Shown here: piece by piece, positions 1 through 15,397 of the stretch
Layout: each line of letters starts with the position of its first letter
Position numbering within the stretch: the first letter of the stretch is position 1
NCBI RefSeq assembly: GCF_009914755.1
Contig: NC_060937.1
From: the human T2T-CHM13v2.0 reference genome, Homo sapiens
Length of the DNA: 64,000 bases
Direction: 5' to 3' (one strand)
The notes under the pieces: model-generated
What the model saw: the letters and a program-made list of their open reading frames with translations, nothing else
Told to the model about the DNA's origin: nothing
The model's database searches: none
Program-made: the position numbers and the translations under genes

Positions 1-229
1 CAGCTGCTGTTTTCTAAGAGTTAAATAATTTGCTAATTTATTGAAAAGTGACATACATACAGAAGAATGTATATAGTAAGTGCACAGCTGGGTGGGTTTT
101 CACACAAAGGGCTCGTGTAGGCAGCAGGGAACCCTTCCCAGCGGCGCCCTCCCCTGGGCCTCACGGTGGGGATCCTCCCTCCCCACCACAACTAGGGTAG
201 CCGCTGTCTCCACTTCCACAGCCAGCTGT

Positions 230-650
230 AGTTTTATTTTTTATTTCTCTAAATGCTACTGAGGTTTATCATCTTTTCACATGCACACTGACTCTCTGGT
301 TTTCCTCTTCCTGAATTGCTGGTTCCTATATTTTGCCCATTTTTCTACTGGGGCATTTGTCTTTTTCTTACTGAGTTATATTTTTTAATATGATGCAGAC
401 ACTGCAAACATTTTTCTTGGTCTGCTGCTTATCTTCTGATTTTGTAAATAGCACCTCCTGCCCCACAGAGGTTCAATGTTTACAAAACCAGCATTTGCTC
501 ATGGTTTTTATATCTCACTTTGTGAGGCTCTCCTACTTCCATGTTTTGGGACCTATGCTATCTTCTAGAACATTTTAGTATTTCTTAGATGTTTTCTTAT
601 TTAATCCATCTGTGTTTACTTTTTTCATGTCTACTTTTATATGTAGTATG
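230..650 (-). mobile_element. Old L1 (L1M/L1ME-like) fragment
   Basis: T-rich antisense L1-like text (ttttgcccatttttctact..., gtctttttcttactg); highly diverged. Confidence 0.45.
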
Positions 651-1074
651 AAGTAAAATTTATTAATCTTTATTAAAAAGACCTGGCAGCTCTGGATACC
701 AATCTTTCTTTAGGCAGGAGGCTCCAGAGCTGGGGTGAAGGCTGGCACCACAAAGCAGGCAGCCACGGTCTCACCTCCAGCAGCTCAGAACCAAGTGGAG
801 AAACGGCCAGATACACAAAGCCACAACACAGCATGACTCACCCCATCTCAGGATCATGGAAACAACTTGGGGGTGGGAGAAAACCTGATTGATTCTGGTG
901 GGAGTGGGGCAGGAATCATTCACCAAGGCCTCCCAGAAAGAAACACTCTTGAGACTGGGTGTCTAAGGTGAACAGAATGTCTCCTGAGAGAGGAAAGCAG
1001 TACCCAGAACTGCAGAGGTGCCAAGCCATCTTCCCAAGCACAGGAGTGCTTTTGGGCCTCCAGGGGCTCAGCAT

Positions 1075-1455
1075 TGTGGGAGGAGAGGGTGGGAGGAGGA
1101 CAACCTTGTGGGAGGGATGGGGTGGGAGGAGGAGGTGGGAGGGCAGCCTGGGGGAGGAGGAGGCGGGAGGACAGCCTGGTGGGAGGAGGGGTCAGGAGGA
1201 CAGTCTGGAGAGAAGAGAGGGTGGGAGGACGGCCTGGTGGGAGGGATGGGGTGGGAGGACAGCCTGGTGGGAGGGATGGGGTGGGAGGACGGCCTGGTGA
1301 GAGGATGGGGTGGGAGGATGGCCTGGTGGGAGGGATGGAGTGGGAGGAGGGCCTTGTGGAAGGGATAAGGTGGCAGGACGACCTAGTGGGAGGAGGGGGC
1401 AGGAGGAGGGCCTGGTGGGAGAAGGAGGCAGGAGGATGGCCTGGTGGGAGGCCCT
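1075..1455 (+). repeat. G-rich minisatellite, about 30-bp unit GGGTGGGAGGACGGCCTGGTGGGAGGGATG
   Basis: Near-perfect 30-bp periodicity at 1219-1340 with degenerate copies on both sides. Confidence 0.9.
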
Positions 1456-2869
1456 GGGGGCGCCCAGGGGATGGCAGTACAGATGGCTGTTAGGACACCA
1501 TTTCAACACTCATACAATAAAAGCAATAACCAAATCTGTTGCCTGAAAACAGAAACAAAATAAACTATGACAGGTTTGAGCGTTACCCTAAAGGAAGCTC
1601 TGGAATCCAGCCAGGCCTCTTAGGAAGAGAACGGTATTTTAATTGACTTGCCAGTGTGAATATTTTCTTGGCAGCCCCCATTATCTAGGATGCCATTACA
1701 TACCAACACAAGCCATTTAGCAGCCTGCGTTTAAAATAATAACTAAGTAGTTGTTTCACTCTTGGCCATATTTCCAAGGAGAGATCACAAGTTTCATCCA
1801 TTTGACTTTGTTTAGGCCTGTGGCTACTGCCTAAATGTAAAGCTCTCATCGGAAGGGCAGTTTACCTGGAGCCTTAAGTTTGGCACTTCAGCTTCGGGGG
1901 AGGGGCTGCTGAGTTTGTTGTCTCCTAAAGCAGCAGGCATACGATGCAGGTTTTCCAATACCTGCAGGAACGGTACCATCCCACTGCCTTAATGATTAGC
2001 CAAACGTGCCTAAATTGTACTTAAATGTGAAAAAGCATAGGCAAAACTGTTGGCATAAGAAACTCTAAAAGTCAACCATTATCATTACTAATATCTCCCA
2101 GCAATCCAAACAGTACCTGGTACGCAGCAAGCACTTTATATGCCTTTTCATTTAACTCTCAGAGTAAGCTATACTTACCTTATCCACATTTTGTAAATGG
2201 AAAAATCTGTTTTACAAGCTCGTGTAACTAAGAAGGAACGGCAGCAAAACCTGAAGCTGGGTCTGCCCACCTCCTGAGCCTCAGTGTGGACGCCTGCTGG
2301 CCTGCTCCCACCCGTGCAGGCAGCCCAGAGAAGACCTGCGTGTCGCACCTACCAGGCAACCTGCACCAAAGGCCTTTTAGAAAATAAACATGCTTTTATC
2401 TCTACAAAAGTAATATATGCTCATTGTCAAAAATTTAGACAAACCTCAACCAAACTCCACCTCCAAGAGATGACCAGTATTGATGCTTGAGTTTTTTCCC
2501 AGTGTCTTACCTTGAAAACACAGATCACTATACATGCAGGCTTGCAGTCTTACTCCAAGTAAGATTAAGACACATAGTGATTGATTTTTCTCCAGAAAAA
2601 ATCTAAGACTCCTTCTCCTCTGGTATGTCACTCTAAAGGAAGCCAACCAGCATAACAGTCCCAATGACTTCTGTCTCATGAGCTTTTACCTTCATCCTCC
2701 AATAGGCTGGAGAAATTTTATCACCCCCTTTCTGAACTAGGTGTTAAACTGATTTATTGGAGAGACTTCTCAAAGGCAAATGTGACCCATGTACTTTCTA
2801 AATTGAGAGCCTCTTCCTGCCCTTTTTTAAACAAGGACAGGTAGCTAGCTCGGGGTCCCACACAAATTG

Positions 2870-3340
2870 AAACCATGACCTATCATTTCACATTCAACAG
2901 ACTGGAAAAACTAAATAATCTGATGATACCAAGTGCTGAAGAAGATATGAAGAAATGAAAACTCAATACATTTAGAAATGTATAAAATGACACATTTTGG
3001 ACAATATGACATTATTCGAAGATGTAGTAGTACCGAAAACGCACAAATCCTGCAAGCCAGAAATGCTGCCTGTCTACGTCCATGCAGAGGAGAACCCTCA
3101 AAAAGAGGCTGCAGAATGCCCGAGGGAGAGCCACTCTACACAAAAGCAAGACATAAAAATGAACCAGGTGTCCGTCAAATGGGGGCTGTGTCAATTGTGC
3201 CTATTCCTGTTAACCGACATTAAAATAAATAAAACTAACATGAATAAAAAGGTGTTAATGTGTCAATCAGACCAGATCTCAAAAAGCATATGACTGAGTA
3301 AAAACAAGCAAATTGCAAAAATATAAACATTTCCATATAC
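2870..3340 (+). mobile_element. Old L1ME-like 3' fragment
   Basis: Diverged L1 3' motifs (ctgatgataccaagtgctg, ccaggtgtccgtcaaatggg, tgagtaaaaacaagcaaattgcaaaa). Confidence 0.5.
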
Positions 3341-3369
3341 ATAAATATGTTCGTTATACAAGTTACATG

Positions 3370-3634
<265 letters not shown>

Positions 3635-4954
3635 TTACTGTTATTTGCTGATTGTTAGAAATATGTACTAAAAGTATGGACAGAAGGAGACCCATCAAAT
3701 TTGTGGTAACGGTTGCCTTTAAGGAGGAAGAAGGAGGAGAAACGGTCTTGGGGAGCGCTTCACCAGGAATTTCAATTATTAAAATCTATTTCTGTGTGAG
3801 AATCAGACATTCATAACTTTTGGCCATCTTAATAGAGGGCTGTTTGTATCCTTCTTCATTTGTAGCAGTTATTTATACATTAGCCTTTTGGAATTTTTTT
3901 TATTGCTCTCAATGTCTTTCTGATCTGCCATTTGCTGACTTTGTTCATTGCGTCTGCCTCACAAAAGTGCATTCATCGCAGGTAGATTTGTCACTTTTGC
4001 TTTAGATTCCATTTGGTGTCAGAAAAACCTTTAAAACTTTCAAGAATATAAACACATTCCTTCAGGACAAAAACATGCTACACACAGCCGCCTTCGCCAT
4101 ATCCCTGAAAGAAAACCTCTGCACCTTTTTCAAAGCAACTTTGATGATGCTTTCTGACCATAAGTCCCTTGACAGGAATCCTTTAGTCAACTAAAAAGAT
4201 TCTAAATATTTCAGGTTAAATTTGCTCTTATTTTTAGAAAAGACACACCAACAACTCCATAGTAGTTTAAGTAGAGGAGCAGAATAATTTCTTTAGCAGT
4301 CCTGTACAAGCACTGTAAGGCTGGACAATATCTCCAGCTTAAGGGATATCAGACTTTTAAATATCCCAACTATTCTCTAAGCATGCCCAGAAGTGGCCTA
4401 AAGGACAGATAAACAAGGTTTCGCAGCAGGCAGCAGGGAATAGCTTGGGACTAAGCAAAAAACTAAACTGAGTCACGAAACCTGCAACTACTCCCCACTC
4501 CCTGCTGAGTGACTCTGGGCAAGTCACTTGACCACTATGATCTCTGCACATCAGAGAAACAAATAACAAACTTTAAGCAATGAACCAAAACACAAGATGT
4601 CAAAGGTGCCCTAGGGTTGGGCTTGGGCAAAAAGTTCCTAGGAGCACCTCAGGAGTAATTTGGAGGTTAGGTTTCACTTTCTCCGCTATGGAAGGAAAGA
4701 GCCATGCACAAACAGTTGGAAAGCGTCACTGCTGGCTCTTGGAGAGGACAATGACAATTAATCCTGAGCAAGGGTAAGAGAAAACAGAGGCAGGCACCGG
4801 TCACCCTGCAGCTTGGCAGGCTCCAAAAGGGTGGATTCATGCCACTCCCGAATTCTGCAGTATTGTTTTGAAGATCTTCCTCTTGGCAAAGACCTGGCCC
4901 TGAGCCATAGAGAGTTTACCAGAATGCTGGCAGCAACAGTATGACATGCTCCTA

Positions 4955-5365
4955 ATGTTTGGATATTTGATCCTCCAAATCTCATGTTAAAATGTGATCC
5001 CCAGTGTTGGATGTGGGGCCCAGAGGGAGGTGTTTGGGTCATGGGGGTGGATCCCACATAAATAAATTAATGCCCTCCTGGAGGGGGGCTATGAATGAGT
5101 TCTTGCTCTATTAGTTTCCATGAGAGCTGGTTGAAAAAAAAAAAAAAAGCCCATCACCTCCCTTTTCTCCCTTTCACCATGTGATCTCTACACACATCAG
5201 CTTCCCTTCACCTTCTGCCATGGGTGGGAGCAGCCTAAAGCCCTCACCAGAAGCCGGGTAGATGCCAACACCATGCTTCTTGAAGAGCCTGCAGAACCAA
5301 GAGCCAAATAAACATCTTTTCTTTATAAATTACCCAGCCTCAGGTATTCCTTCATAGCAACACAA
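4955..5365 (+). mobile_element. MaLR solo LTR (MST-like)
   Basis: ccaaatctcatgttaaaatgtgatcccca...gggaggtgtttgggtcatgggggtggatccc...aaattacccagcctcaggtattcc...atagcaaca. Confidence 0.85.
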
Positions 5366-5469
5366 TGCACTTGGATATATGCCTTTTTATAGGCATGGCC
5401 TCGCAGCCTTCCATACGCCCCAATCTCCAAACAGAGGGGATTAGGAATTCTTAAACAAGTGTTAAGGTC

Positions 5470-5865
5470 CACAAGAAATAAAGGAAAAGATGGGTAAATT
5501 TGACTGCATTGAAAAAATTTTTAAGTATGTACATAAAAGGACACTATAGACAGGGGCAGCTGGCAAAATGTGATCAGATATTAAAGGATTTAGCATCTAA
5601 AATTTTTAAAGAGTTGTTATAAATCAGTGAAAGAACCATTAAAAGATTTTGTTTAAATGGGCAAAGTGTACAACAGATACTTCACATCCACACACACGCA
5701 CGCACACACAAAGCAGAAGCAGCTCAAATACACAAGCCCTTGAATAATCAGGGAAATGCAAATTAAAAGAATGAGTTATCATTGCATACATATCAGACTG
5801 GCACAAACTTAACTGTCTCTCTTATGGTTCTGGTGAGAAAATAAACTGGTATATTACTTTGGAAA

Positions 5866-5906
<41 letters not shown>

Positions 5907-6130
5907 TTGAAGTTGCACCTGCTATATAAAATAGTGAGTCTATGCTTAATTACAAACCCTAACTATGCACATGAATGTAAGAAGAGATGTACAGGAATAT
6001 GCATAACTGCACTCTTTATAATTCAACATTGTTGATAATATTTATACATCCATCAACAGGGAAACAGATAAATAAATTGTTTAATATTTGTATGAAACAC
6101 AGCAATGAATGAAAACAAGTTGCAGAATAA
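5470..6130 (+). mobile_element. Old L1 3' fragment
   Basis: aaatgggcaaag...caacagatacttcac and aataatcagggaaatgcaaattaaa motifs. Confidence 0.6.
5871..5904 (+). repeat. (GT)17 microsatellite
   Basis: Perfect dinucleotide run. Confidence 0.97.
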
Positions 6131-6145
6131 GTCACACAATATAAC

Positions 6146-6439
6146 TTTTTTTTTTTTCTGAGACGGAGTCTCACTCTGTCGCCCGGGCTGGAGTGCAGTG
6201 GTGTGATCTTGGCTCACTGCAAGCTCTGCCTCCCGCGTTCACACCATTCTCCTGCCTCAGCCTCCTGAGTAGCTGGGACTACAGGTGCCTGCCACCACGC
6301 CCGGCTGATTTTTTTTTTTTCAGTAGAGATGGGGTTTCACCGTGTTAGCCAGGATGGTCTCACTCTCCTGACCTCGTGATCTGCCCACCTCTGCCTCCCA
6401 AAGTGCTGGGATTACAGGCATAAGCCACCACCCCCGGCC
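6146..6439 (-). mobile_element. AluY-like
   Basis: Full length; accgtgttagccaggatgg diagnostic; TSD cacacaatataac/cacacagtataac. Confidence 0.93.
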
Positions 6440-6731
6440 CACACAGTATAACATTTAAATAAAGTTCAAAACCCCACAGTACTATGCTATATATTATTTA
6501 CAGCTGCATAAACATGTAGTAAAAAATACACATAGAAAGTATAAATGACAAAGTTCATGTCACAATCCCTTGTGGAGGAAAGAGAGCTATAGCAGGGACC
6601 TGTACTTGTGAATTTTTTTTTCTCCTTAAATTGGATGGATATACATGAGTCGTCACTATATTATTCTATGAGTTTTTGTATGTCTAAAATATTTCATTGA
6701 AAATGCTATGAGGTTCACTTTTAAAATATCT

Positions 6732-6968
6732 GGGCCTTGCGTGGTAGCTCATGCCTGTCATCCCAGCACTTTGGGAGGCCGAGGCAGGCGGATCGCCTGA
6801 GGTCAGGAGTTCAAACCCAGCCTGGCCAACATGGCGAAACCCATCGCTACTAAAAATACAAAAATTAGCCGGGCGTGGTGGCACGCGCCTGTTGTCCCAG
6901 CTGCTCGGGATGCTGAGCCAGTGGAATCGCTTGAACCCGGGAGGCAGAGGTTGCAGTGAGCCGAGATT
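6732..6968 (+). mobile_element. Alu (S-like), 3'-truncated with no tail
   Basis: Alu sequence stops at gagccgagatt. Confidence 0.9.
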
Positions 6969-7000
6969 GGGCTGGAAAGATAAACATGAATACTTCAACA

Positions 7001-7338
7001 CAGGGGTCTGCAACGCCCGGTGCCTCAGACTGGTACCGGTCCCTGGCCTGTTAGGAACCAGGCCACGCAGCAGGAGGTGAGCCGTGCGCCTGAGCTCCAC
7101 CTCCTGTTAGATCAGCGTGGCATTGGATTCTCACAGGAGCGCAAACCCTGTTGTGAACCTCACACTTAAGGGATCTAGGTTGTGCTCTCCTCATGAGAAT
7201 CTTACAAGCGCCTTATGATCAGCAGTGGAACAGTTTCATCCTGAAGCCATTCGCACCTCCCCCAACCCCCACCTGGCAATGAAAAAAACTGTCTTCCACA
7301 GAACCCATCTCTGGTGCCAAAACAGTTGAGAACTGCCG
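7001..7338 (+). mobile_element. MER1B-like hAT-Charlie DNA transposon fossil
   Basis: caggggtc...ggtaccggtccctggcctgttaggaacc...ctggtgccaaaacagttg; approximate 8-bp TSD cttcaaca/ccttaaca. Confidence 0.85.
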
Positions 7339-7480
7339 CCTTAACAGAATTATTCTCTTTTATTCTGGGTCTTTCTGTAATTAAACATGTAACCATTTGA
7401 AATTTTTTTAAGGCGTTAAACATGCCTACAATTTTCCAGTTTTGCACTCTTCTCCAACTCAGCTATCTCTTCTAAACTTA

Positions 7481-7619
7481 CTTTTTATTTTAGTTTATTT
7501 TTAGAGACAACGTCTCCCTGTGTTGCCCAGACAGGACTCAAACTCCTAGGCTCAAGTGACCCTCCCAACTCAGCCTCCTGAGTAGCTGGAACTACAGATG
7601 CATGCCACCACACTCAGCT
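7481..7619 (-). mobile_element. Alu monomer (FLAM-like)
   Basis: Single arm; TSD aaacttactttt. Confidence 0.8.
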
Positions 7620-7715
7620 CAAAACTTACTTTTTTGTTGAAGTCGAACTTAGCTATTCAATTATCTCCAGCATTCAACAATCTACCAGTGACCACAGTGG
7701 GATTCATTTCACTGA

Positions 7716-8099
<384 letters not shown>

Positions 8100-9819
8100 C
8101 TCCCTTTACCTAGTTTTCTAGCATCTAGTGCTATGAGTCGGAGAGCGATCACCTTAGGCTTCCTGAAACAATAATGTGAGGTAAGAAGTGGAGAGTGTCG
8201 ACGTCAAGCTCCGCTCCCCTGGACGGCATCCCTGTTACAACTCCATCCACCGTCAGCAGTTTCTCAGGAAGTGTTAAGTGTCTACCATAGATACGACCAA
8301 CAACTTACTTTCTGGTGCCTTTTGAGGGCTTTATGATTAAAATAAGTTGTGGAAGTCTAAAAACATATAGGCCATTTCCTAAAGCAGATGGACCACCACA
8401 TAGGAAGATGTCAAGGAGAAAAAGCAAGTTCAAACCTAGGACTTTCTTTTCAACTTCTTTGTTCACATAATTCAAACCTAGGCTCAACAGTCCTTTATAA
8501 ACACAAATTTACTTTCATCTTTCTTCTGTAAATCCACAGACAAAACAAGCAATGTTTTACACCTCTGAACCTACAATAGGATTTTAAAAGCTACCAGGAA
8601 GCCCTTGAGAAGTTCAGGTCTGGGTCAGCATATACTTTATCATATTTACCAGTCAGGATGCTTTCAGCTACGTGCAATCTAATTTAACCCACCTTAAACA
8701 ATAAAGAAATGGAGTGGCTCACATCACAGAAAGGCCAGAGGCTGGGAGGGACTCGGGGTTCAATTAACTCAGTGGCTGGGACTTTTCCTTCCTCTAGAAT
8801 TCTCTTAGCTATACATTCCTTCCGGTATCTGTTTATTCTCAGGCTGGAAGCAAGATGCCTGTATGACCTCTGATCCCCACAGCCAAGCATGACAACGTTT
8901 AATTTCTTCCTATGGCTTGCTTAGGAGAAGGAGGAACCCAAAGCCCCAGGAAACCTGTCAAAGGTCTTGGCTGAGCCAGTCACTCATCTCACACCAATGT
9001 CTGGCCCCATGGGAAGGCTTGCTGGCAAAGCACTGGGCTCCCGATGGACTACGACCAGGTAAGCCCCTCTCCTAAAGCTGCAGCCATTAGATTATACCAA
9101 ATGGAATCTAATAAAAATGAAGTGGAAGGATGGGAGGGACACAGCATTCATGCCAAATCTTAGAAGTTCAGGACTAAGTTCGCTAATTTACGCCTCAGGG
9201 TCCTGAAGAAGACTATCGACAGTGCGATCACCTGGAGTTGGGGTATAAAGCTACACCCGTCCTCCCTGCAAAGCAGGCTTTCTTCTTCCTCAAATATCCC
9301 AAGACCAGCAATACATTCAGCAGCCCACTGTTGCCAAAATCAAAGTCTCATTAAAAGAGAAGAGAATCAGCTTTGGAAGGGGCAGCAGGACCTCCCTTCT
9401 GGTTCATGGAAAGCCTCTGCCCCACTGCCGCGACTCAGGCCTGGCCCCGGGTGCAAGTTCAAGCACAGCCTCAAGCACTGTTCTGTTCACAGTGCATAGA
9501 ATGTGCTTCCCCAGAATGCAGGCAGCGGCCGCTGCAGGGAAGGAGACCACACCAAGCTCTCCGGGCTGCCAGCACTGGGAAACCACAGGGAAGGCACCAG
9601 CCCTCAAAGGCGCTGAGCTGGACAAGAGCAGTGACATCGTCCAATCTTCTGAGGACTTTCTATTTTTCCAGAGACTGACACAAAAAACCAGTTCATTGTT
9701 TTCCCTAACAACAGATGAGAACAGAAAGGAAGGGGAAGCAGATTTTGAATGGTGACATTTAAACCCAAAACTTCATTCCTCCCAGAGTCTCAAGACAAAA
9801 GCTATAAAAACCATGACCC

Positions 9820-10228
<409 letters not shown>

Positions 10229-10483
10229 TTATTCACAATACATAGAAGTTGTCTCAGCCATCAAAAAGGTGTCAGAAGAGTGAAATAATATCAAAACAAA
10301 TGAACTGCAGTACGGGGGTGGTTGTGTGTGTTAGCGTAAATTCACGTGAAAGAGTATGACGTGGCTATTACGGAAGTGGCTATGGGATTATGAAGCAACA
10401 TGGAACACTTACATTAAGTAACTTCTTCACTTTGATGACAACTGTGTACTAAAGCAAACAAAAACATGTATATGAAAAAGACA

Positions 10484-10845
<362 letters not shown>

Positions 10846-10899
10846 TTACATTAGGAAACCAGGTTTCTAGGTGCTCCTTCCCACTTTCCTATTAATAAT

Positions 10900-11615
<716 letters not shown>

Positions 11616-11634
11616 ATAGCTCACTCTTACTACA

Positions 11635-11740
11635 GGCATGGTCTTCTAAGCACTACGCATCGTAGCCATTTCCTCCTCAATACAGCCTTAGGGGGTGGTT
11701 TCTAATATTATCTCCATTTTATAGATGAGAAAACTTGTTT
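11635..11740. mobile_element. MIR fragment
   Basis: attatctccattttatagatgagaaaact core. Confidence 0.6.
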
Positions 11741-13069
11741 TCTAAGCTTCCTGTAAAAGTGCTGGCTGTGCCCTCCTAACGTACGGGCAAGGCTAGCTAG
11801 AGTCAAAGGTTCCTCCCAACCACTGCCTTTACCTCTAAAAAGATGGGATTCTGATAGCTTAAGGACAGCGCGTGGCCCTCTGAGGCCTGGGACTGGCTCA
11901 CTGGGGCAGGCCTGTCACTGGAAGAAGCTGAGGTTCGCAGGGTGGGGATTCGCTCTGCTCGAACACCTTCTGCATCTCCCAGGTCCCAGACAGCTGGAAC
12001 AACACATGGATGCTGGTATGCTGGGGAGAAAGGAGGCACCCCAGGAAATCACAGGACTTTGGCTGGGGCCAGGGAGGGGAGGGCAGAGGAGAGAGGTCAA
12101 GGAGTGAAGCCCGTTGTGCTCTCAGTGTTTGTGAGGTGCAATCGCTTTTTGGACTCACTTTTGGGCCTCTTCTTGCCATCGGGATGTTAGGATTTGGGGG
12201 TCCAAGATCCAGTCTCTTTGGTGGAACGGGGGTGGAGTGGCCAGTGGAGCAAACTCGAGTGCCCGTACTGCTCAGAGAGACAGTGAGTGAGTTAAAGAAG
12301 GTGAGGTAAAATTAGTCTGCAATCTAATTCTTGTTTTCCCACTTTTGATTGAAATAGGAATTTAAGAAATATTTCGCTTTCCTCTCCACTTACAGCGTAA
12401 ACAGTAATGTACAGCCACGAACAGGAGCCGGCAGGAGTGGCGGGGAGACCCGCAGTCCCACTGTGCGGCACCCACATGCTGCTCACTGTGGCCGGAGCGT
12501 CGGACTTTAAGGAGCTGTGAGACAGCTATATTTTATGTGGAAATTTCCAGACTTTTAAACATCAGTGAGTCATTCAAACAAACAAATGAACAATTATTTT
12601 TAAAGCTGCACATGGCCAGACTCGGCCCCTGGTACCAGCCTGAGACCTCTGAACTGGCCTTCAGCTAGAAGAGCCAGAGGCAGCCTTGTGATCTCAGCGG
12701 ACCTGGCCAGAGTGGGTGGGCGGGCGCCAAGGATGGCGCTCCAAAGTAGAGGGCACACTTGGATGCCAAGGTGTCTGTCTGGGGCTTCACGGAGCCCACC
12801 GTCCTGGCCATCACAGATAACATGGTGTGCTTCACGAAAGTACAAACAACGTAGAAGGAGCCCGTTGGTGAAAGTGGGGCTAGGTACTTGCAACACAGGT
12901 GTAAAAGCTGACGTTACATCCCACCCAGAGCAAAACAAAACAGGAAAAGCAAAAACAGTTCACTTAAGACTCAAGATAACTCATTTTCCATTTCTCTTTT
13001 CATCATGATTTATACAATAAAACAATGGCTCTCACGGATTCTAACGTCTCAGGAAAGTACCAAAAACAC

Positions 13070-13148
13070 AGCAAGTGAATCGGGTATAAGTAACAGGGTA
13101 ATTTAGTTAACATAGCAAGTGAATCGGGTATAAGTAACAGGGTAATTT
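13070..13148 (+). repeat. Direct duplication: perfect 35 bp x2 with a 9-bp spacer
   Basis: agcaagtgaatcgggtataagtaacagggtaattt at 13070-13104 and 13114-13148. Confidence 0.95.
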
Positions 13149-14559
13149 CATTGAGGGTCACCCACATGGCTATTAATGACAGGCATCGGCTTCCATTTCT
13201 TCTTCTCTGAAGAAGGGGATTCCCTACCTCTGGGCTGGGAAGGGGACAGACACTGAATAAAAACATCTGGGCACAATGAGAAAGGCATGGGCACGTCCTG
13301 AATTCCACAGAGAGCAGCAGCTAGAGCTCAACTATGGCTCCTGGAAACTGTTCCACTTAAAAGCATACAAGAGTCAGAATCTTAAGATGCTGACAATATA
13401 TTTTTCATAATTTCCTCCACTTTCAGCCATCATAGTGGCCTTTAAAGGGCTCACTAGGTATCTCGGAGGAAACCTCCGGTCCGGGACCAGCGCCGGCAGC
13501 AGGCAGCTCTCACGCCCACCTGCCCTGTCCCGTCCCCAGCCGTTGCTGCATAGGGATGGGATGTAGGCTTCCTCTAATATCTGAGCTGGGAGGAGAGAGC
13601 CATATTCCACAAGCAACAAACCGGTAAAGCAACACACACTTGAAAAATTTTGTGTCGCCCTCAGAAGGCTTACCAAGAGCCAGTCAGCCCCTATTTGACA
13701 AGATGCATAATTACTGCATGGAGTTCCTGTTCATGTAAGTGATTGTAATTAGTAATATTTTTCCACAGCCAAACCAAGTATTTCAAGGGACAGCTTGAGG
13801 AAAAGATGAGAGGATACCTTGGGAAGAAATAAAATGCTCCTGGCCCCTCAGAGGCAGCGGCGACTCCCAAGCTGCTCACACTCAGAGTGCTCCTGGCTCA
13901 GCTGTGTCCAGGGGGACACACACAACCTTCCTCTCCCCTCCCAGGGCCCTCAGCCAATGACCAGCCCAGAAAGGTTTGCTGGAGAAACCGTCACCTGCCT
14001 GGACTTGCCCCAGCCTCCTTTACTTTCAGTAAAGGGAAGGAGACCATTTGGCCTTAACAATCTTGACCTCCTCAACTCTGGATCTTGTGATTCAGCTCCC
14101 AAAGTCTCAGGGACAAGGCTCCCCTGCCTCAGGGTCAAGCAAGCTCCGAACTCTTGGTCCATCCACTCTAGCTTCTAACAGCCCAGCATCTGGACCCGTG
14201 CGCAGCCTCCTTCACCCTCCAACACCCGGAACACAGGGCAGCAAAGTCCTCTCGCGATGTCCATTGCCCAGAGTGGCGAGTCAGAAGTCAGCCTCACAGA
14301 CAGGATGGCCATCACCAGGCTACAGGGACAGGGAAGGAGCAGACAACTGGACAGGGAGGAGGGAGCCATCCGCCACCTCAGGAGCACCGGGAAGAGGGCC
14401 TCCCCGCATTCCCAGACCCCATCACACCCCGTGTCTCTCCCTCCCTGGCAGGGGTGGCAGGCATGCAGGTTCCAGCTGGAGTCCAAGCGACCTGGCCCAA
14501 AGGCTGATTCCACCTTTGGGCTCTGGGGTGAGATCTTTATCCTGTCATTTCTAAACAGA

Positions 14560-14660
14560 TAATCCATTCAGTCATCAACAAATGTTTATTAAGTTCCTGC
14601 CTCATGCCAGGCACTGTTTTAGGTACTGGAAAAACAGCAGTAGATAAAGCAATCAAAAAT
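14560..14660. mobile_element. L2 3'-end fragment
   Basis: cattcagtcatcaacaaatgtttattaag...atgccaggcactgttttagg. Confidence 0.7.
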
Positions 14661-15397
14661 ATTCCTGAGGTGTGCAGGCAAAAATGATTGGGGGTGGAGA
14701 GTGGGTATGGCATGGAATAAATACTAGCACCCACTTTACGGGGGTGTCGTGAGGACTGAAGTGGGTCATTTTGTGTTAAGAGTGTGGCACAGGACCTGGT
14801 CCATGGTAAGGGATGGATGCACAGTAGTTCCCATTAGCTGCGGGTCATAGGCCAAGACTAAAGAAGAGCCATATCAGCCTCAGGAGGCCTTGGGAACAGA
14901 GGGGAATCACCTGATGCTGTGCAACTGGCTCTGGCCAGGCTCAGAGAAACCAGGGACCCTTTCAGCGGAAGATTCCCACCCACCACCTACCAACTAGGAT
15001 GGCAAGATAGCAAGTGCCTTCAAACGCGAGCAAAGCAAGAAGCAAAAGGCCGCAGGACGAGTCCCGGTGACATATCCACAAATCACAGGCAGAGAGCCTG
15101 TTAAAGGAAGGCTGTGTAAGTGTACTCAGTCAGTGGAAAGTGGACTTGCTCCAGGAAGGCCACAGCCTCATCCTGGCCTGTGTCACCTGCCCCACGCACA
15201 CGGCAGTTCCGGGGCAGGTCCTGCGCACGCGGCAGGAAGGAAGGAAACCACAGTAGGTCTCTCAGAGGAAACCACAGTAGCAGCCTCCTCTGCCAAAACA
15301 ACAGAAATAGCTACTCCAGTGTCCCAGGTGTCTTCCCACACACAAATGTGCAATGCGATACTTGCTGAACGCCAGGGCCTCTGAAAGGCAGGAAGGT

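Noticed and set aside
959-1546. Overlapping Gly/Trp/Arg-rich and Pro-rich ORFs
   Set aside because: Products of the G-rich minisatellite.
13070-13148. Repeat-spacer-repeat resembling a CRISPR unit
   Set aside because: Only two copies with a 9-bp spacer, in a eukaryotic intron with no cas genes.
11803-15384. Cluster of 60-168 aa ORFs in the GC-rich stretch
   Set aside because: They overlap on both strands with no recognisable domains or consistent splice structure; expected from GC content.
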